From Trichoplax sp. H2 (lineage: Eukaryota), in contig NOWV01000020.1 of NCBI GenBank assembly GCA_003344405.1, positions 124,001 to 188,000 on the forward strand: 64,000 nt of DNA. Reading direction: 5' to 3'. How positions within the stretch are numbered: position 1 is the stretch's first letter; each line of letters opens with the position of its first letter. The translations under genes were made by a program, and so were the position numbers. Below are positions 44,601 through 56,600 of this stretch, in pieces. The notes beneath the pieces are model-generated. The model had not been told where the DNA came from, did not search any database, and saw only the letters and a list, made by a program, of their open reading frames with translations.

Positions 44601-46068
44601 TCTCGACATCGGTTGGTAACTTTGAATATTGTAACTGTTGCCTTCGAAGACGTTGCCGTAACATCTGCTTTCTAAATAGCGTGATACTATCGGAACATTT
44701 CAATGCTTTAGTTTAAATATAATTATTACATTTACAATGAATATTCCATTGATGAAATTTGAAAAGCATATTTTGTTTTATTTACTAACATTTATGACTT
44801 CAGTCTTCAATTTAATTGTAATTACTATTATATCTGATTCGTACAATTATGATTTCATTTAATCTACACATGTCACAGAGAGAGGAAAAGATCGAGGGAA
44901 TATAGTACTGATAGATACAAAGATAGGTATCACAGTAGAAATAGTAGTAAGGATAGGCGCAGAAATTACAAGAGTCGTAGTAGAAGTTACGACAGGGAGA
45001 GTCGTAGAAAGCATAGTAGATACAGTCGGAGTAGGAGCTCTGAAAAGCGATCTCGACGTAGACACCGTGACGGCAGCAGTAGTGCGGAATCATCAAGGTA
45101 TAAGAAATACAAGCAAAGAGCACGAAGCCGTAGTTCCGATCGTCATCGTAGGAGTGATAGTCGCGATAGACGTTCTAATCGTCGAGATTCTAGAAGTTTA
45201 AGCCCAAGAAAATCTCCGCCAGTAAACGCTATTAAACCCATTAAGAAGACATTAACGTAAGACGGAATGCAAAGGATTAATATAATGCAATATTCTTTAT
45301 ATATATATTGTAATGTACTGTCTATGATCGTATTATGGATTTGAGAAGTAAACCATAAGGATTTGCTATATTTTTTACTTTATGCATATAAAATTATGAT
45401 CCTGTGCTTGCTATTATTTCGTTAATATTAGACCTGGCAAAGATACGGAGAAGGTAATACTGACGCATTATATGGCGATGGTTCAGGTTAAAGTCTCTGA
45501 GACAAGTTTAGCAACTCTAGTTCTAATCTTAGGGTGTTTTTTTAAATGTTCTATCTTAAGAAAACACTATCACGTCAGGAAATGCTCAAACTTAAAATGC
45601 AACGGGCTCTTAATAAACACTGTAAGAAGTATAAATAAACTGATTGATATACTGCGTTACCTATAAATGTCTGCATTTCAATAATTTGCTGTTTCATTAA
45701 AATTTTTGGTCTACTTCATTACGACAGTAAAACATGATCATAAATTAGAAAAAGAACGTCAAGAAAAGAAAGAATTAGAAAGAGCGGTATTACTGCTATT
45801 TACGACTAAATTTTATTCAACATCAAATGTTTCACTAAAGATCGTTCTTGATCTATGCTAGCAACGAGAAGATGAAATTTATGACTTACAAGTGCGACTT
45901 AAGTCCAGGTTAATACTTAGCCTATACTGTCGCAGTAATAAATTTATTACGTGGTACTATATGCGCAAAACTCATTTTCCTAATTAACTGTGCTTTGACA
46001 TAAATTGTGGCATTCTGTTTGGTTTATGTAGGAACCGTCGTAGTAGATCAAGATCACGATCATTCTAG
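41684..46068 (+). CDS. CLASRP: CLK4-associating serine/arginine-rich protein (SFRS16/SWAP2)
   Basis: Exon 1 reads MWHEARKHEKKLRGMMVDWKKRAERRRQYYESL; later exons read MQWRGQPDILIDR|FDARAHLDY, LNYERYKIL, YARRSSPTYEPYK, an RS-rich exon (~44870-45255) and LKLKMQRALNK. Stop TAG at 46066-46068. Confidence 0.93.
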
Positions 46069-48465
46069 CGGAAAAACTTGCTGTATTGGCTATCAGCACA
46101 TCACAGTGAGATCAAATACGACATTATAAAACTCCGAGTAGGTATTCTAAATTGATGGTTTTGGTAACTGATTTACAGTGGTAAAAACCGTAGATATGTA
46201 TGTTGAAAAGCATATTTTTATTTTAAGTAATCATTATAAATGCCAATTGTAACAGTTGTACATGAATTACAAAAGTCTTGCTAAAGTTAAATGTTAAACC
46301 TAGTATTGCATGGCTTTGATTATTAATTCTATTATCTTTTAGTAAAATTTAACCAAAAAATCATATTGAAGCTATCATTTTAAGCTTTGTTTTCATGTCT
46401 TTCTACCTATCTATCTAAAAATGGCATGAATGTAATTTAACTTTTTACCAATGAATACATGGATTATGTATTTTAAATCTTGGGGTGATATTGGTAACCA
46501 TCTTGATTACAACGTTGTTTAAGAAATTCAACTATTTGCGTTGTAAAGATATAATAAACATATTTTAATTTATGAAATATTTATGAAATGATGTAAAATA
46601 TATCTATTCCTGTTAGGAAATGGTAAAATAATTGTAATTAATTCTACTATGACATGGTTATAATGGAAAAAGTATAAAAGTTGTGCATGCAACAACTTAC
46701 TAGTTTATGTGTAGTGAGATTAACGGTAAATTTCAGACAGTAAAGTTAAGAAAGTAACGAATAAAAAGAAAAAATGCACTAAATTAATGTTAGTACCTTA
46801 AATCGGCAGTTTGTCTTTCATAGTTCATTTAGGCAAGCAGTTACACAATAGACTCGTTACCGTTGCTACTGTCTAGATGTTGTAGTAATTTTGCTAGTGT
46901 TAGACAGATTTTGCTCCCTGTACACCGATTGGCTATATTTCTACGGGAAATTTTCAGATTTTGAGTTATGGTATTCCAGATGTCCAAAACAATAATGTAC
47001 AATGCTATGATTAATGCAGATAAGAGGTTGCTTATGCTGTCCTGATAAAGTCTATGTTTAATTCCATCATCATGCTTTTCTGACTAGGAAATTTTACTTA
47101 CTATATCCTTTATTTATTGAGGATAATTATTTGTCTAAGATAAGTATAGAATTAGCCTAGGCGGCAGGCGCCGTACCGGTAAAAATCAGTCTTGGATGTT
47201 GCTGAACATGTAGCATCTATTTGCAGTACTGTACATCTTAAGTTAGAAGAATTATAATTCTTAGCCTTTAGTGGAACGATTGATTAAGTATCATTAAGTT
47301 TAGTCGAGGATTCTTTTAAGCAGAGACATTGTTACTATTATACAATATCAATGACTTGGTAGTAATAGTTTGTCGAAGAATTTTAAGAAATGGATAAATC
47401 CCGGTAGTGACACAGTCTCACAATATAATATTTTCAGTGTTTTGACTGGTGGATTACATCTAATCCATTACCGACTGCATAAAATTTATCAAAATTTTGA
47501 AGTGAGCAAACCGGTTTCTAAGTCAGCGACGCTTTCGCCCTTTCATTCAAAAATTTAAAATTCGGTATACCACATCGAGCCTAGTGCTGCATTATGATTT
47601 CTGTAGTACAGTACAATAGCTTCTGCCATGGGAAAATTATCTCGAAGACATATTGTAAATTTTATGAACTTGGTGACAAACTAGAAATGCAGCTAAAGAA
47701 CCCTACCCTTCGACGCATTCATGCATGCCAATATTGAAAATTTTGATATGATTATTCAGTTTTTCTGAATCCTCAAAATTGAATGGAATAATTTAAAATA
47801 TAGCCGAAATAATTCTTCTGCTCGGTCTATAAAAATAACTTAACGAAAGCTGTCATCAAATTCCATCATTTCTAAGACAATTTTGGAATCCTTTGAATTG
47901 TACTGTAATTTCAGTGTAAAATGCAACTCTTTCCCTTCGTGTATGTACTGATAAATCAGCGATCTTTATTATTATATAATTTCGATGTATCAACTGATTC
48001 GGTTCAAACGGTAATTGTTATTTCATGCTCTTAATGCAACTTTCCTGATCCTGCGAATTTGGTCATAAGTTTGAATAGAATTGAAAAAATTCTTCGTCCT
48101 GTGTTGATGTTACGGGTAAAAATAATCAGTAAAGCCTTTCATTTTATCACTTTCAAGGCAGTTTCCATTTCAATCCCTTGAATGGATAATAAAACTTAAA
48201 ATACAGTACATTTCCGCTGTGTATACCGTAAACGATATATTTGCATACTTGTTCGATAATAAAGTCGTAGAATTATACAATAATTTGGGAATTGGTTAAC
48301 TTTGGATTTATCCATAACTTACGGTATATGCTACATATAAATAAATGAAAATTGTGTAATTTTATAGTGCTTCAGATAACCCTTCCGTGTATTAAGCAAT
48401 AAAATTTGAAATATACTTTCCACTCTCTATATGCGTATGTATCGATATATAACAACACTGGTATA

Positions 48466-48785
48466 TACGCATATTCCAAATGGACAAAATTATATCAATT
48501 TCTCCTTAAAACAATCTTCTACTAACTTAGGGGTAACAATTTGAAGCACATTTGAAAATCTTTTCCGCCCTGTCTATACTCGTACTGATATACAATACTT
48601 TAAGGATAGTCAAATTAATGAAGAGTACGCATATTCCAAATGGACAAAATTATATCAATTTCTCCTTAAAACAATCTTCTACTAACTTAGGGGTAACGAT
48701 TTGAAGCACATTTGAAAATCTTTTCCGCCCTGTCTATATTCGTACTGATATATAATACTTTAAGGATAGTCAAATTAATGAAGAT
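48466..48785. repeat. Near-perfect 160-bp tandem duplication
   Basis: tacgcatattccaaatggac...caaattaatgaaga occurs at 48466 and 48626 with only a few substitutions; not adjacent to an N gap. Confidence 0.9.
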
Positions 48786-49544
48786 TACAGCACTATCTTA
48801 TTCTTTGATCTTGAAGGCTACACTTTTAAATTTTGTGAATTGGTAGTCCAATTTGAAATGCGACCAAGGAACTTTTCAACTTTGTGCACTTTGCTAATCT
48901 TATTTAAGCGCTAAGCATCACAATGCAAGTACACCTTTAGCTCTTAGCATACGTATATGCGTATAAACATTATTGCTTCACTGGATGCCTTTAACAACAG
49001 CTTTTAAAACCCTCTAAACTTGGTACCGCTCGTCAAGTTTTTAATTTCATGTTGAAATAATTCTTCTGTTGTGCCTGTATTATGGGTATTAGATTAGTGG
49101 AAATGATTCTTTAATCCGTTACAATAAGGCGTTGTTTGCGTCTTTGCATTGGTAATAACTTGAAAACACCAGTAGAGCAATTCTGTCCTACGTCCCCCCC
49201 AAAAATCGATTGGTCGATATTCTCATTATCTGCGCTCTATCTTAGATAGTAAGTTTAAATTGGCATCCAAATGAATAATTATTCATCACTTCATCTTCTG
49301 TCAATTTATTTGAGAAAAAAAAGGATATCGCCTGTAACTTCAATTTTGCGATAATAATTCACTGTCAAGAAAATTGGCAAAAGCTGTTTAGTCAAAGTTA
49401 ACATAAACCATCCTGATTGTGTATTTGAACTAAACATGCATCGTTAAGACGCATACTTTTACAACTTTGATTACATAAAATCTAAGTGATAAGCATTTTT
49501 TAAATGGATTTCTTATAAGAAATCAAGGGACACTCAATTGATAA

Positions 49545-50500
49545 CCTTTCCTCCTATCAATGGAGTCATATGAATACCGGCAGTTCTAGAGATCCGCCCG
49601 TTTGAAAAATTTTACGTGTTAAAGGTTGATTTCGATAACATCAGATGCAGTGTCAGATTTAGATTGGAATGATATAACTTTCATGCAAACGCTTTTTATT
49701 CTGACAAATGATATCAATATTTTTTATTATAAGGAATACTACCAAATTCAAGGTATAGATCCCTTTCAGCGCCATTTCTGGATATGTTGGGGATTGGATC
49801 TAGGGACGTTCAATTCATAGCCCTTCCCTCATGTTTATGGAATCATGTTGACACCGACAGTTGTAGAAATTCGTCCATTGGAAATAATTTACTTATTGAA
49901 AGTTAATTTCGATGGTATCAAATACAGCGTGGAATTTAGATTCGAATAATATAACTTTGATGTACAGACTTTTATTCTGACAAATAATGTTCCTATTTTT
50001 TATTGTAAAGAATACTGCCAAAACGAAGAAAAGGATGCGTTTCTGCGCCATTGCTGGACATGTCAGGGATTGGATCTGAGGACGCTCTCATCCTTTCCTT
50101 ATATCAATGGAGTCATATGAACATTGGCAGCTGCAGAAATTCGTCCGTTCGAAAAGTTTTACGTATTGAGAGTTCATTTCGATGGCGTTAGATTTGGATT
50201 GAAATGATGTCACTTTCATACAAACACTTTTATTCTGACAAGTAATATTAATATTTCCCTCTAAAGAATATACTACCAAAACGAAGGTAATCGCAGTCTT
50301 TTCCGCTGTTTGCACGATTGTCCAAGGTAGCCTATGAGACTATACCCGTTTTTAAAATTCTACGCATTGAAAGTGAATTTCGATGCAGTATCAGATTTGG
50401 ATTGGAATAATATAACTTTGGTGTAAGCACTTTTAATCTAACAAGTAATGTTACTATTTTGAGTGTAAAGAATATTGAGTACTACCAAAAGGAAGGTACA
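49545..50500. repeat. Diverged ~275-bp tandem repeat, 3 copies plus a partial one
   Basis: Units at ~49545, ~49821, ~50091 and a partial unit at ~50345 share blocks such as tttattctgacaa, gaatact(a/g)ccaaa, gcgccatt and gggattggatct. Confidence 0.8.
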
Positions 50501-50539
50501 GGATTGAATCATAGAAGTCTTTTCCGAAGTTTTGCACGA

Positions 50540-52872
50540 TTGTACTGTATATTGTAGCTTATGAGACTACAGTAGTCTCATCAAAGTCATAGGCTACAAT
50601 TTACAATCCAGCAAACGGACATAGTCTCATGGGCTACCATTTTTAATCAGGCAAACCTCAGAAAAGACTTGATCGTTCAAACAGACACAGTCTCCTAGGC
50701 TACAATTTACAATCGTGCAAACGGACATAGTCTCAAGGGCTACAATTTAGAAGCAGGCAAACCTCAGAAAAGACTAGATCGTTCAAACAGACGTAGTCTC
50801 CTAGACTACAATTAACAATCGTGCAAACGGAAATGGTCTCATTGTGAAAATAGCAATATTACTAGTCAGAATACAAGTACTTGCATGAAAGTTCTACCAT
50901 GTCCAGTTAAAAAAGTGCTACGTATCGAAAGTTAATTTGGATAGCAAGTTAGGTTTAGGTTAGGGTTAGCGTTAGAGTGTATGTCCAGTTGAAAAAGTAC
51001 TTGAAAGTTAATTTGGATAGCCCCAGATGCAATATCAGATTGACATTCAATACGTAGCACTTTTTCAAATGGAGTGTATGTCCATTTGAAGTATCGAAAG
51101 TTAATTTGGATAGCAAGTTAGGTTTAGGTTAGGGTTAGCATTAGAATGTATGTCCATTAGAAAAAGTGCTGAAAGTTAATTTGGATAGCAAGTTAGGTTT
51201 AGGATAGTTAGGGTTTGCGTTAGAGTGTATGTCCAGTTGAAAAGTACTTGAAAGTTAATTTGGATAGCCCTAGATGCAATATCAGATTGACATTGGAATA
51301 ATACAACTCTCATGCAAAGACTTTTCTTCTAATAAGTAATATTCCTTCTGTATTTTTGCATGATCAAGACCGCTAGCAAAAGCAAGCAAATGATCCATTT
51401 CAACGCCATTTTGTGCATGATGATACAACTCTCATGCTTAGACTTTTCTTTTAATAAGTAATATTCCTTCTGTATTTTTGCATGATCAAGACCGCTAGCA
51501 AAAGCAAGCAAATGATCCATTTCAACGCCATTTTGTGCATGATGATACAACTCTCATGCTTAGACTTTTCTTCTAATAAGTAATATTCCTTCTGTNNNNN
51601 NNNNNNNNNNNNNNNCTCCTAGGCTACAATTTACAATCGTGCAAACGGACATAGTCTCAAGGGCTACAATTTAGAAGCAGGCAAACCTCAGAAAGATTTG
51701 ATCGTTCAAACAGACATAGTCTCCTAGACTACAATTAACAATCGTGCAAACGGAAATGGTCTCATTGTGAAAATAGCAATATTACTAGTCAGAATAAAAG
51801 TACTTGCATGAAAGTTGTACCATTGCTACATATGGAATGTAAATTTGATATTGCATCTGGGGCTATCCAAATTAACATTCAATACGTAGCACTTTTTCAA
51901 ATGGAGTGTATGTCCATTTGAAGTATCGAAAGTTAATTTGGATAGCAAGTTAGGTTTAGGTTAGGGTTAGCGTTAGAGTGTATGTCCATTAGAAAAAGTG
52001 CTGAAAGTTAATTTGGATAGCAAGTTAGGTTTAGGATAGTTAGGGTTTGCGTTAGAGTGTACGTCCAGTTGAAAAAGTACTTGAAAGTTAATTTGGATAG
52101 CCCCAGATGCAATATCAGATTGACATTCAATACGTAGCACTTTTTCAAATGGAGTGTATGTCCATTTGAAGTATCGAAAGTTAATTAGGATAGCAAGTTA
52201 GGTTTAGGTTAGTGTTAGCATTAGAGTGTATGTCCATTAGAAAAAGTGCTGAAAGTTAATTTGGATAGCAAGTTAGGTTTAGGATAGTTAGGGTTTGCGT
52301 TAGAGTGTATGTCCAGTTGAAAAAGTACTTGAAAGTTAATTTGGATAGCCCTAGATGCAATATCAGATTGACATTGGAATAATACAACTCTCATGCATAG
52401 ACTTTTCTTCTAATAAGTAAGTAATATTCCTTCTGTATTTTTGCATGATCAAGACCGCTAGCAAAAGCAAGCAAATGATCTATTTCAACGCCATTTTGTG
52501 CATGATGATACAACTCTCATGCATAGACTTTTCTTCTAATAAGTAATATTCCTTCTGTATTTTTGCATGATCATTTGCTAGCAAAAGCAAGCAAACGATC
52601 CATTTCAACGCCATTTTGTGCATGATGATACAACTCCCATGCTTAGACTTTTCTTCTAATAAGTAATATTCCTTCTGTATTTTTGCATGATCAAGACCGC
52701 TAGCAAAAGCAAGCAAATGATCCATTTCAACGCCATTTTGTGCATGTTGATACAACTCTCATGCTTAGACTTTTCTTCTAATGAGTAATATTCCTTCTGT
52801 ATTTTTGCATGATCATTTGCTAGCAAAAGCAAGCAAATGATCCATTTCAACGCCATTTTGTGCATGTTGATA
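50540..52872. repeat. Complex satellite: short rearranged modules, TTAGGG-like inserts and a 122-bp tandem unit; interrupted by an N gap
   Basis: 122-bp unit (acaactctcatgc...aacgccattttgtgcatg) at 51303, 51425, 51547 and about 4 more copies in 52385-52870; recurring gaaagttaatttggatagc and gttaggtttaggttagggttag modules. Confidence 0.9.
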
Positions 52873-53653
52873 CCAACTGGTTTAGCTTACCGTCCCGTGC
52901 TGGACCGGTACCAGGACACGGGCCAGGCCAGTCGAGTACACTCAGTACACGGTACAAGACGGACGCCCGACAGTACAATACCGTACTGTACTGTAGTATA
53001 GACTCGACGCTATCCGCGCCATTGATCGTCAGTTGGCCACCGAGACCGCTTGCAGTAGGCCCAAATTAATCGCCATTGGATCCAGCAAAATCTCCTGCTG
53101 TTCATCATCCTATTACTTCCTCTTCAAGCTTGCTTTGCACTATCCAAGATTGATCGTCTATCTTAGCCGTCGTCATTATCCTTTTGATTGAGGAAAGAGT
53201 AAGACTAAAGCACTACAACAGTATACTGCTAGGCAAAAGAAACTCCAACACGATCGACGGTGTGGAGATTGATTGATTCTCGCTTGCCGGCCAACAGAAA
53301 GAATTGCAATCCAACCGGTTCTTGGATCTATTGCAATATTGAAGACACAGACAGGTTAGCAGAATCAATCTTTGCATCCATAACAGCAGAATAGAATACA
53401 ATCACTTGCGGTGAAAGCAAACAGTAACAACATAGTTGATACTAAATGGACAACACAGGAGAAAAAAGTCAATTAACTTGTCTGGACATGCCTAAAGTAG
53501 AGCGATGCAAAGGTTGTAGACGATTCTCGCCGTCATTGAAAATGCTCATTTTTTTGTCGCTTTAGAAGAAAGAAATGATCTTTGTCTAGTGGCAAAACAT
53601 TGAACTCAATGGCAAGACAAGCATTGATCATTCATCGATTCCAGTAAAATAGG

Positions 53654-56600
53654 ATGGAATTGCCGCAGCGACAACAAGATGAAGACATCGAAAAGGTGAT
53701 TTGGATGCACAGTTTCACGCCTTGTACATTCATTCTCTTGCACTTCCTTCTTGACAGTAGTTGCGCTCTTCTAGAGGTGTTAGTCGTTGAGTAATGTCTA
53801 GCCTACTTCGCTAACGCCTTTTATTCGCTACGATAGAGTACTGGCTAGTCTGGGCTTGAATAGTTTCGTAATGCGTCCTTCTATTGAGTCAAAATACACA
53901 GTAGAAAATGTCTCCAATCTCTACCGTTGAAAAATGCGTCTACCATCATCAAAATGTCTATTGCATGCAGGACTTGTTCATTATACTAGCATGATAAAAG
54001 GACGCACACAGATTTTCTTTTACCACCATGCTCCAACTGCTGTCCTATTGCATAGAAACTTGAGACGTGTGGATATCATGGCAAGTGTCCATTTTGAACT
54101 TTTTCATGTGTCTCGTACCTTTACAACGGTTCAAAAGGCCCGCAACATACCCCTACCGTCGACTTCAACATCAATATTCTATTCCAACGCAATCCTGATC
54201 GTCCAGTAATGCTATTGAATTTTAAACTTGCGTACAATCTAAATCATATTCAATCGCGTAATAGTACAATCTACTTTACAAGCTTCCAATACTATACTAT
54301 AATTATGATGAATGGTCAAAGAAACTATTTCGACATTCACCACGACTGTTGCATGTCTACTTGTCACTGTATTGATTGATTACATATTATAGGATTGGCC
54401 AAATTGGAGTTTTGACGACAACACATATATTCTACTCGTATCGCATTGATTGCACACACTACTGCATCTTTTCAATCTGAATGGCAGCCGGCATGTGAAA
54501 AATGTTTCCAATCGCTGCCCCAAAATTACCTATACAAAAGTGTTGACTGTCTTTCAATAATAAATTTGTTGACAAAAGTGCTTTAAACTACGGTAATTGA
54601 ATTGGCTTTTCTTTTTATTATACGCTATTCTAATTCTAATTATAATCAACTGGTGCAGAACAAGGTTAATTAATGAATGAATAATTTTTAGCAAAGCAGG
54701 ACAATCATTACTTTCGAATTCGCCATCGATTCTCATTTTGATGACGCTTGAGTCGAGGGCTGACTGAATTATTTAGAACGAGATCATCATTGCTACAAGC
54801 CTACAACTGCCGTATATAGTCGTCAGTCCATTGCTGCATTTGATACTTCTCCCTTATTTTTTTAGCCACTCTTAAATAACACAAGGGTACGATTTTATCG
54901 TCTTGTGTATTTGAAATAATATTTTACATAGCCTTATGCTAAAGATCCACATGATAAGTCTCGTCAAAACCCTCGCATTAGCGCTCTAAATCGTTCTTAA
55001 CGAGCTAAGGATGTACGTAAAAGAAATGGACAGACTGATGATCATTCCATTTGACAAAGAGTAAATGGAATGCGTTCGGATAACACCACCTCCAATTGCA
55101 ATCAAAATTGTTTGTTTGATCTTGTTGTTGTGCTAGTAAAATGAAGTACAGTATTAACAACCTACACTCTTTTTTGACACCATGCCATTGCTTACTGTTG
55201 AGGTTATATCGCTATGTTCATCTTGACGTGGACCCACGACGATAAAAAGAAAAACAAGTTCTTCTACTTACTTTCGCTTTAGGAGTTCGTTTTAATACTA
55301 TTATTCATCAACAATAACGAATTCGTAAAAGCATCCACCGATCGACTGTACTAGTCTTCTACAGGATAGAAATGGATCATAAGACAGTGAATCATTGCAA
55401 TGGTGATGGGTACAGTAAATAGAATCTTTCAGTTACAAGTATCACATCCGTTGATAGGTATTACTCTTTTTACGGTAGCTTACAGCTCTACAATCAAATG
55501 CCAATGTTTGTTTATTCGTTGTAAACATAGATCAGTAATATTGGACTAAGATTTATATATGACTATTTTATAGTTATTGAAAATGATCAGCTGCTTTATC
55601 CTTTCTCATATTTGTATGCTTACGCTTTGGTTCTACACAAACAGTTTAAATATTCTTGCTATTTTTATATCCGATCTTTTCACTACATTCATATTCTAGA
55701 CTCTTACCCCTATCTTGGAATAGTAGAACAAATTCCTAATTTGGCCCATGAGCGCATAATGTAGTCATAATGTTATAAAGTTACTCGGATATAACCTTAG
55801 CTAGAGAATTCGAAGGTGCAAAGTCAATGTCATCTAAAACAAAATTTGATCATCACTTGATACTAGCTATGACAACATTCAATACTTGCTGAGTAAGTAA
55901 TTGCAATGAAGCTTCTTGAAAAATATAAAGTAGCAATTCGTTATTGATTTTGTATAAAAACTCATTTCCATCATCGGTCTATCACTACTAGTGGCAAGTT
56001 ATACAGACGCAGATTACTGATTTTGATTGCACTTACTTTGAATAGAGACAGTATTTCTTTGTTACTCTAGTGAGAAACAGAGCTTCTATTCACAATATTT
56101 GCTAATTTCGATCATCAGTCTATCAGAACTAGTGGTAAGTTATACAGACACAAATTACTGATTTAGATTGCACTTACTTTGAATAGAAACAATATTTCCT
56201 TGTTACTCTAGTGAGAAACAGAGCTCCCATTCACAATATACAATAAGCTGCTAGCCACAACGCGAATGGCCTGATTTTATGCTTAGGGACAATCTATTGC
56301 CCATGTGAGATAGAAACTGATTTTGGTACTACCATACATTGTTGTACTGTAGCTATATCTAACGATTAAAAAAAACGATTGCACCTTTATTCATTCGTTA
56401 GTCAATTTGGGAAACTACCGATTCATTAGCTATGTTGATATAGTACAAATATATATATATATATAGTTCTGTCTAGGTTGAAGGAATACGCCATATTCAC
56501 AGACTGTGATATTGGAAGAAAATAATATGACTGTTCTTTAATATATCCATAAAATATTTTACTCATCTCGCCCTGTGTTATCGTTGAGAGATAAAATACG

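Noticed and set aside
44812..45123. Minus-strand Tyr/Cys- and Thr-rich ORFs
   Set aside because: Antisense shadows of the CLASRP RS-rich exon.
51329..52865. Repetitive short ORFs (MHKMALKWIICLLLLA...) resembling secreted peptides
   Set aside because: By-products of the 122-bp satellite; the frame shifts with each unit.
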